Assembly (NCBI GenBank): GCA_003056265.1
Contig: NBVN01000002.1
Location: forward strand, 390,001 to 422,000
Length of the DNA stretch: 32,000 bases
From: Zestosphaera tikiterensis
Lineage (GTDB): Archaea; Thermoproteota; Thermoprotei_A; Sulfolobales; NBVN01
Direction of reading: 5' to 3'
The translations under genes and the position numbers were made by a program. This document shows, in pieces, positions 26,711 through 32,000 of this stretch; position 1 is the first letter of the stretch; every line of letters begins with the position of its first letter. The notes beneath the pieces are model-generated. The model did no database searches and was not told the DNA's origin. It saw only the letters and a list, made by a program, of their open reading frames with translations.

Positions 26711-27911
26711 AGTTAATATAGGCGTAGTTGGTCATGTAGATCATGGGAAAACAACCTTAGTTCAAGCCCTCACCAGGATATGGACCGCTAGACATTCTGA
26801 AGAACTTAAAAGAGCTATGACTATAAAGTTAGGTTACGCTGATGGCGACATATACGAATGTTTAGAGAATCCTCCATACGCTAGGTTTGTCCCGCAACCT
26901 ACGTGCCCTGATGCTGTATATAGGAGGAGCGTTTCCTACGTCGATGCGCCAGGCCATGAAGTGCTTATGGCCACTATGTTGTCTGGAGCTGCTTTAATGG
27001 ATGGAGCTTTACTCGTGGTTGCCGTTAATGAGCCATTCCCACAACCTCAGACTAGAGAGCATTTCGCAGCGTTGAATATCATAGGCGTTAAAAACGTTAT
27101 AGTAGTTCAAAATAAAGTTGACGTGGTACCGCCTGAGAAAGCTAAGGAGAACTACAGGTTAATTAAGGAGTTTCTCAGAGGTACTTTCGCTGAGAACGCC
27201 CCTATAGTGCCTGTAAGTGCTCTACATAAGGTTAACGTTGACGTATTAACCACGTTTATTGAAAAAACCATACCAACACCGGAGAGGGACTTACACTCAC
27301 CGCCGTTAATGTTTATCGTTAGGTCGTTCGAAGTCAACAGACCTGGAACCGCACCTAACGAATTAAGAGGTGGCGTGGTTGGAGGGTCTCTACTTAGAGG
27401 TGTTTTAAGGGTAGGTGACGAAATAGAGATAAAGCCAGGTTTGAAAATTAAGAAAGGGACTCAAGAGGTTTACGAACCAATAACAACTGAAGTTACTTCC
27501 ATAAGGTTTGGTGAAAGGGAGTTTAATGAAGCAAAGCCCGGCGGGCTTGTGGCTATAGGTACGAAGTTAGATCCGGCGTTAACTAAAAACGATAAATTAG
27601 TAGGTAATGTGCTAGGTAAGGCAGGGTCGATCCCCGATCCAGTAAACCATGCTAGGATAGAATATGGTTTGCTTGAGAGGGTTTTAGGTACTAAAGAGTT
27701 GGTTAAGGTAGAGCCTCTTAAGGTTGGTGAGAACTTACTCATAACAGCTGGTGCTGCTGTAAGTTTAGCCGCACTTAAAAACTTAACGAAAGAATATGCT
27801 GAGATAGAGTTTAAGAGACCTACGGTAGTTTGGGATGGTATGCGTGTCGCAATAAGTAGGCAGGTCTTAGGAAGGTGGAGACTTATAGGTTGGGGCGTGA
27901 TAAGGCATTAG
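26676..27911 (+). CDS. eif2g: Translation initiation factor aIF2 gamma
   Basis: GVVGHVDHGKTTL, DAPGHE and NKVD GTPase motifs, 411 aa. The start overlaps the end of the FKBP gene. Confidence 0.9.
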   Translation: MNLLSNLKKQPEVNIGVVGHVDHGKTTLVQALTRIWTARHSEELKRAMTIKLGYADGDIYECLENPPYARFVPQPTCPDAVYRRSVSYVDAPGHEVLMATMLSGAALMDGALLVVAVNEPFPQPQTREHFAALNIIGVKNVIVVQNKVDVVPPEKAKENYRLIKEFLRGTFAENAPIVPVSALHKVNVDVLTTFIEKTIPTPERDLHSPPLMFIVRSFEVNRPGTAPNELRGGVVGGSLLRGVLRVGDEIEIKPGLKIKKGTQEVYEPITTEVTSIRFGEREFNEAKPGGLVAIGTKLDPALTKNDKLVGNVLGKAGSIPDPVNHARIEYGLLERVLGTKELVKVEPLKVGENLLITAGAAVSLAALKNLTKEYAEIEFKRPTVVWDGMRVAISRQVLGRWRLIGWGVIRH

Positions 27912-27938
27912 TCGGTGAGTGCGTGGGTACGTTATTCA

Positions 27939-28343
27939 ATGAAGTTTTGTAAAGTGCTTCTCGACACAAGCGCTTTCCTTCTGGTTGCTGAAGGTATAGA
28001 TTTACTAGATGAGTTAAATAGGGTACTTGAATGCGAGGGAATCGAGCTCTACACACTTCAAGAAGTTGTTAAGGAGTTAAGAAATATTGCTGGTAGTAGA
28101 GCAAGTCGTAAATCACCAGCCGCTACCATAGCTTTAGACTACATATTCCGAAAGAATAAAGTCAAGGTAATTCCATCAGACGTCGAATTCCATACAGCTG
28201 ATGAAGCCATAATAGACTTCACTAAAGCGAATAACGACTTCATAGTTGTTACGTTAGATAGGAGGTTGAAGAAAACTTTAAAGTCTATGAACGTTAAGGT
28301 TTTAACGTGGTGGTATAGCAGACGGAGGTTTTCAAGAGCTTAA
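27939..28343 (+). CDS. PIN-domain protein (Fcf1/COG1412-like) of the aIF2gamma-Rpo7 operon
   Basis: VLLDTSAF N-terminal acidic PIN motif and VVTLDRRL. Its position between eif2g and rpo7 is conserved in archaea. I prefer ATG 27939. Confidence 0.7.
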   Translation: MKFCKVLLDTSAFLLVAEGIDLLDELNRVLECEGIELYTLQEVVKELRNIAGSRASRKSPAATIALDYIFRKNKVKVIPSDVEFHTADEAIIDFTKANNDFIVVTLDRRLKKTLKSMNVKVLTWWYSRRRFSRA

Positions 28344-28381
28344 ATATCTCGATATTTCCTTTATAAAGGAGTGCGGTCAAT

Positions 28382-28906
28382 ATGTTTAGAATAGTTACGA
28401 TAGAGGATGTGATTAGAATACCTCCAGACAGATTTGGTGAAGACCTACATATGGTAGCGTTTCAACAGTTGAAGGAGAAATACGTCGGTAGGGTGGATCC
28501 TGAAATAGGATTGACTGTGTTGGTTTGGAGGGTTGACATAGATCCGGAAGGAACTATACTACCTGAAGACGGCGCCACATACCATAAAGCCATTGCCGAT
28601 TTAGTTACTTTCTATCCTGTTCAGCATGAAGTCATAGAGGGTGAGGTAGTTGACGTTAAGAGAATAGGTTTATTCATTAACATAGGTCCTGTAGATGCTT
28701 TCGCACATATAAGTCAGTTAGCAGACGATAAATTCAAGTATGATGAGTTAAGAGATACGTTAGTTGGGGAGGAATCTAAAATCACGTTTAAGAAGGGAGA
28801 CATCGTTAGAGGTAGGGTGGTGAACGTTTCCCTTTCTTCACCAGCACACATAAGAGTCGGGTTAACTTTAAGACAACCTGCATTAGGGAAGATTAAAGAG
28901 GGATAG
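28382..28906 (+). CDS. rpo7: RNA polymerase subunit Rpo7 (E')
   Basis: The N-terminal domain starts MFRIVTIEDVIRIPPDRFG, followed by a C-terminal S1 fold (GDIVRGRVVNV). Confidence 0.9.
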   Translation: MFRIVTIEDVIRIPPDRFGEDLHMVAFQQLKEKYVGRVDPEIGLTVLVWRVDIDPEGTILPEDGATYHKAIADLVTFYPVQHEVIEGEVVDVKRIGLFINIGPVDAFAHISQLADDKFKYDELRDTLVGEESKITFKKGDIVRGRVVNVSLSSPAHIRVGLTLRQPALGKIKEG

Positions 28907-28909
28907 TGA

Positions 28910-29134
28910 ATGCCAGCTAGGAGAGAAAGGAAACCCCCATTTAAAGCATGTACTAACTGTAGGTTCCTAGTAAGCCATGAAACAGTAAAATGTCCAAACT
29001 GCGGTAGTACATCATTTACGGATGAATGGTCTGGTATGATAATATTAGTGAATCCAAATCATTCCGAAGTAGCGCTACTATTAGAAATAAAAAGTAAGGA
29101 AGGGGGTAAATTCGCTATAAGACTCGGAACTTAA
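28910..29134 (+). CDS. spt4: Transcription elongation factor Spt4 (RpoE'')
   Basis: KACTNCRFLV..CPNCGS zinc ribbon, 74 aa, immediately after rpo7. Confidence 0.85.
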   Translation: MPARRERKPPFKACTNCRFLVSHETVKCPNCGSTSFTDEWSGMIILVNPNHSEVALLLEIKSKEGGKFAIRLGT

Positions 29135-29188
29135 AACATGACTGTCTTTTAACCACTTCAGTATTTAAACACCCTGAAGTTTATTGAG

Positions 29189-29196
29189 TTTATATA
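29189..29196 (+). promoter_or_regulatory. TATA box (TTTATATA) for RNA locus E
   Basis: It is the only strong TATA-like octamer between the spt4 stop codon and the G+C-rich island. Confidence 0.35.
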
Positions 29197-29217
29197 GTGA
29201 CCTTACCTTACAACTGA

Positions 29218-29500
29218 AAGCCTCCCTTCCACACGAATTCTCGAGTCCTTCAGGGATAGGGGTAATGGGTTGGAGGCCCGGCCCGGAGGTGAATGGGGAG
29301 AGATGTACCTCCAAACCAATAAATTGCCTGAGGAAGAACCCCATCCTTCAGGATGAACCGCCTTTTGCCGTAGGGAGTTCGGTGAAGTCCTAGGCAACTA
29401 AGGTGTATGAGCTCCCGCAGACGGGGGATGGAAAGCCGTGATGAGCTCGGCTGTACCGAATCCGAAACATGAAGGCACGGCTCGAGCAAACGGTTATGGC
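29218..29500 (+). ncRNA. Unclassified structured RNA, locus E, between spt4 and rps24e
   Basis: A 400-nt non-coding gap inside a normally compact operon. A TTTATATA box at 29189-29196 predicts a start near 29219. Helices: GGUUGGAGG/CCUCCAAACC, CCUGAGG/CCUUCAGG, CUCCCG-CAGA-CGGGGG and GCCGUG/CACGGC. The three overlapping ORFs on both strands look like G+C artefacts. Confidence 0.5.
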
Positions 29501-29534
29501 ATAGCTAAACATTATTTAAGGCTACCAGTAAATT

Positions 29535-29867
29535 ATGTTAGGTGTGTATGAGGTGAATGGAGGGGCTCTCAAATCTATAACCTTGCAAAATGGGTCGACG
29601 CTTAACGTAGTATCTGAAAGGATAAACAGGTTAGTTGGTAGAACAGAAGTTTTCTGTGAGGTTATTCACACAGGCATGAGCACACCATCGCGGAAGGATA
29701 TTAAGCAGGCGTTATCTAAGCTTTATGGAAGGCCTGAAGACCTTATAGTAATAAAGTATGTTAAAGGGGAGTTCGGAGCCTATAAGTCGAGGGTTAGGGC
29801 AAACGTATACGATTCTGAAGATAGGCTTAAACTCTTCGAACCTGAATACCTGTTGAAGAGGGGTTAG
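29535..29867 (+). CDS. rps24e: Ribosomal protein eS24
   Basis: SERINRLVGRTEVFCEVIHTGMSTPSRKDIKQAL matches the eS24 core. A TATA-like ATTATTTAAG box about 20 nt upstream of the ATG suggests a leaderless or near-leaderless mRNA. Confidence 0.85.
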   Translation: MLGVYEVNGGALKSITLQNGSTLNVVSERINRLVGRTEVFCEVIHTGMSTPSRKDIKQALSKLYGRPEDLIVIKYVKGEFGAYKSRVRANVYDSEDRLKLFEPEYLLKRG

Positions 29868-29869
29868 AT

Positions 29870-30040
29870 TTGGCTGAGAGGCATAAGCTTTACGAAATAG
29901 ATCCAACCACGCGAGCTATAAAGCTTAAAAACAGGTTATGTCCCAAATGCGGTAGGGTTATGGGGTACTATAAACACCCTCAGCCTAGATGGTACTGCGG
30001 TTACTGTCACCACGTAGAATATGAAAGAACGGGAAAATAG
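29870..30040 (+). CDS. rps27ae: Ribosomal protein eS31 (S27ae)
   Basis: Not in the ORF track (56 aa). My translation from TTG 29870 is AERHKLYEIDPTTRAIKLKNRLCPKCGRVMGYYKHPQPRWYCGYCHHVEYERTGK, with a CPxCG...CGxC zinc ribbon. The position after rps24e is canonical. Confidence 0.75.
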   Translation: MAERHKLYEIDPTTRAIKLKNRLCPKCGRVMGYYKHPQPRWYCGYCHHVEYERTGK

Positions 30041-30043
30041 GAC

Positions 30044-31045
30044 ATGATTGTTTTAGGGATTGAGTCTTCAGCGCATACGTTCGGAGTCGGCGTAGTTAAG
30101 GATGAAGAACCATACATACTTGCTGACGTGAGGTCTGTATACACGCCTAAGTCAGGTGGGATACATCCTAAGGAAGCGGTGAGTTACTTCATCGAGAAAG
30201 CTCCCGACACAATAGTTAAGGCTTTAGATGAGGCTGGAATCGCTATAGATAAAGTTGACGCTATAGCAGTTACTTTAGGCCCAGGCTTAGGTCCCTGCCT
30301 TCGCGTAGGCGCTACCATAGCTAGAGCTTTAGCTACTTACTACGGCAAACCTTTAATTCCAGTAAATCATGCAGTAGCTCATGTGGAGATTGGAAAGCTA
30401 ATCTTCAGGTTTAAAGACCCTTTAGTAGTGTACTTATCAGGAGGTAATACTTTAATTACGTCATTATCTGAAGGGAGGTATAGGATATTTGGGGAGACTT
30501 TAGACATATCCTTAGGTAACTTCTTAGACACCTTAGCTAGGGAGTTAAGACTAGCACCTCCTTATGTGGTTTCAGGCCTGCATCAAATAGATCGCTGCGC
30601 TCAGGAAGGCAGGAATTTCCTAGATTTACCCTATGTGGTGAAAGGTCAGGACGTCTCGTTCTCAGGCCTTTTAACAGCTGCTTTAAAACTTTACAAAACT
30701 GGTAAGGTTAACTTACCAGATCTATGCTATAGCGTAAGGGAAATCGCCTATTCAGCCATAGTTGAAATTTCTGAAAGGGGTTTAGCACATACAGGCAAGA
30801 AAGAAATGCTTGTTGTGGGGGGTGTTGCTTCAAGTCCTGTGTTGAGAAGCAAACTTGAAGCTATGGCTTCAGTAAGAAACGTTAACTTAGGTATAGTACC
30901 GCCTAAATACGCCGTAGATAATGGAGTTATGATTGCTTGGACAGGTTTGCTAATGTTCAAACATAACATATCTGTAAGGCCTGAAGAAGCCTATGTTAAG
31001 CAGAGGTGGAAAATTGATCAAGTCGATATTCTGTGGGCCACTTAA
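30044..31045 (+). CDS. kae1: tRNA N6-threonylcarbamoyl-adenosine synthesis protein Kae1
   Basis: LGIESSAHTFGVG, VNHAVAHVE and YLSGGNT ASKHA-fold motifs. Confidence 0.9.
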   Translation: MIVLGIESSAHTFGVGVVKDEEPYILADVRSVYTPKSGGIHPKEAVSYFIEKAPDTIVKALDEAGIAIDKVDAIAVTLGPGLGPCLRVGATIARALATYYGKPLIPVNHAVAHVEIGKLIFRFKDPLVVYLSGGNTLITSLSEGRYRIFGETLDISLGNFLDTLARELRLAPPYVVSGLHQIDRCAQEGRNFLDLPYVVKGQDVSFSGLLTAALKLYKTGKVNLPDLCYSVREIAYSAIVEISERGLAHTGKKEMLVVGGVASSPVLRSKLEAMASVRNVNLGIVPPKYAVDNGVMIAWTGLLMFKHNISVRPEEAYVKQRWKIDQVDILWAT

Positions 31046-31688
31046 GTTAATAGCTTTAGGTGCGGAAGCAGCCCTTTACCGCACGTGTTTTGAGGACTTA
31101 GATGCGTTGGTTAAGGTCAGGCTTCCTAAACCCTATAGAGATCCTACCTTAGATAAGATGCTTAGGTCTAGAAGAACCGAACTTGAAGGTAAAATCTTAG
31201 CTGAGTTAAGGTTGAAAGGGCTTAAAGTCCCAGCACTTTATTACGTAAACTTAGAAAACGCTTTGTTAATTATGGAGTTTATAGAGGGTCTTACATTACG
31301 AGATTTGGTGTTTATGAAGGGGGGTCAGGTAACTAAATACTTTAAATATTGGGGTGTTTTCACAGCTTTAATGCATGAAACTGGTATAGTACATGGAGAC
31401 TTAACCACCTCAAACGTTATAGTTAAGGATGAGGAGATCTACGTCGTGGATTTTGGATTAGCAAAATACAGCAATAAAGTAGAGGATAGAGCTACTGACA
31501 TACATTTAATGATTAGAGCTGTTGAAAGCACCCATTACACAGTTAAGGAAGCTTTATTGAAAGCCTTTTCAGAAGGTTATAAGGAGGTATTAGGTGAGCA
31601 AACGTTTAAGGAGTTACTTGAGAAAGTGAAAGAGATTAGGATGCGGGGGAGGTACGTTGAGGAAAGGAGAATGCGAAAAAACATTTAA
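30993..31688 (+). CDS. bud32: Bud32 (KEOPS) atypical protein kinase
   Basis: IALGAEAALY, HGDLTTSN and VVDFGL kinase motifs. It overlaps the kae1 3' end, so the exact start is uncertain (TTG 31014 is possible). Confidence 0.85.
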   Translation: MLSRGGKLIKSIFCGPLKLIALGAEAALYRTCFEDLDALVKVRLPKPYRDPTLDKMLRSRRTELEGKILAELRLKGLKVPALYYVNLENALLIMEFIEGLTLRDLVFMKGGQVTKYFKYWGVFTALMHETGIVHGDLTTSNVIVKDEEIYVVDFGLAKYSNKVEDRATDIHLMIRAVESTHYTVKEALLKAFSEGYKEVLGEQTFKELLEKVKEIRMRGRYVEERRMRKNI

Positions 31689-32000
31689 ACTTCATATCCT
31701 TACGGGAAATAAAGGTAAGTTAGTAGAGTTTCAAACCCTTGGTTTAAGTGAGTGCGTTGACGTCGTTAAAATCGACGTACCTAAAGTTGAAATACAGTCT
31801 GATGATATTAGGAAGGTAGTTTTATTCAGTGCTTCTCAAGCTTTACAACATGTTAGAATGCCTTTCTTCGTTGAGGATGCTGGTCTCTTCATAAAAGCAT
31901 TGAACGGCTTTCCAGGACCTTACAGTAGTTACGTATTTAAAACTTTAGGGAATGAAGGTATTTTAAAGCTTATGAAGTATGTTGAGGACAGAGAAGCTTT
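31657..32000 (+). CDS. Ham1/RdgB non-canonical purine NTP pyrophosphatase, 3'-truncated by the window edge
   Basis: My translation is ..KLHILTGNKGKLVEF..PFFVEDAGLFIKALNGFPGPYSSYVFKTLGNEGILKL, which matches the Ham1 core. The start is uncertain (TTG 31657 is the first in-frame candidate). Confidence 0.7.
   Translation, partial: MRKGECEKTFKLHILTGNKGKLVEFQTLGLSECVDVVKIDVPKVEIQSDDIRKVVLFSASQALQHVRMPFFVEDAGLFIKALNGFPGPYSSYVFKTLGNEGILKLMKYVEDREA

Noticed and set aside
27939-28343. The PIN-domain protein could be a VapC toxin of a toxin-antitoxin pair.
   Set aside because: There is no adjacent antitoxin. The gene occupies the conserved slot between aIF2-gamma and Rpo7 that holds the Fcf1/COG1412-type PIN protein in archaea.
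29438-29468. A hammerhead ribozyme core: GUGAUGAG..stem..CGAAAC resembles CUGAUGAG-stem II-CGAAAC.
   Set aside because: The invariant C3 is G here. I cannot find a stem III partner with a GUH cleavage triplet or a stem I. The homologous segment of locus D (GCGAUGAG..CGAACCC) deviates further, including at A15.1. It is more likely a generic tandem G.A junction.
29184-29489. Three overlapping ORFs (29184..29393 +, 29203..29397 -, 29250..29489 -) could be small proteins between spt4 and rps24e.
   Set aside because: They overlap each other on both strands inside a G+C-rich island. Their composition is Gly/Pro/Arg/Ser-rich and unlike the K/V/L/E/I-rich proteome of the window. They have no SD or start context. 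They are best explained as stop-codon-poor artefacts of a structured RNA.
29218-29500. Locus E could be RNase P RNA or SRP (7S) RNA.
   Set aside because: There are partial resemblances only. GGUGAAGUCCUAGGC resembles the CR-I sequence GGAAAGUCC, and AGGCCCGG resembles the SRP helix 8 flank. I could not find a P4 3' partner or ACAGAA-type CR-IV/V. I also could not find a GGAA tetraloop closed as in SRP helix 8, or the long 5'/3' helix 5 complementarity. The question stays open pending a covariance-model search, so no call is made.
1-32000. I searched for tRNA genes (GTTCRAATC-type T-loops with G+C-rich acceptor stems), rRNA, CRISPR repeats, tandem repeats and IS or transposase genes.
   Set aside because: None was found by eye on either strand. 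A tRNAscan or CRISPR finder should confirm this, especially for intron-containing or split tRNAs, which I could miss.

Overview
This window looks like an ordinary core-chromosome segment of an AT-rich, probably hyperthermophilic crenarchaeon (TACK lineage). The lineage call rests on gene content: eL38, separate Kae1 and Bud32, Rpo7/Spt4, EgsA plus a UbiA-type DGGGP synthase, aCPSF1 and XerA. About 40 tightly packed housekeeping CDS cover translation, transcription, RNA processing, the proteasome, lipid synthesis, nucleotide hygiene and polyamine or cofactor metabolism. Many use GTG or TTG starts preceded by a GGTG-type Shine-Dalgarno. By eye I found no tRNA, rRNA, CRISPR array, transposase or recognisable defence or toxin system. 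The proteins do not explain five G+C-rich non-coding islands at about 14.43, 17.30, 17.70, 21.41-21.57 (minus strand) and 29.22 kb. Four of the five sit about 16-26 nt downstream of a clear TTTATAA/TTTATATA-type TATA box; copy A has only a degraded one. Two islands (14430-14590 plus strand, 21409-21568 minus strand) are clear paralogues whose differences largely preserve base pairing. Two others (17.7 kb and 29.4 kb) share a module of about 90 nt. All five share an RAUGAG motif and a GWAGYCYUARGG-like box. I could not assign them to RNase P, SRP, tRNA, C/D or H/ACA families by inspection. They are the main candidate for something undescribed, and a covariance-model search is needed before calling them novel. 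Everything else appears ordinary.
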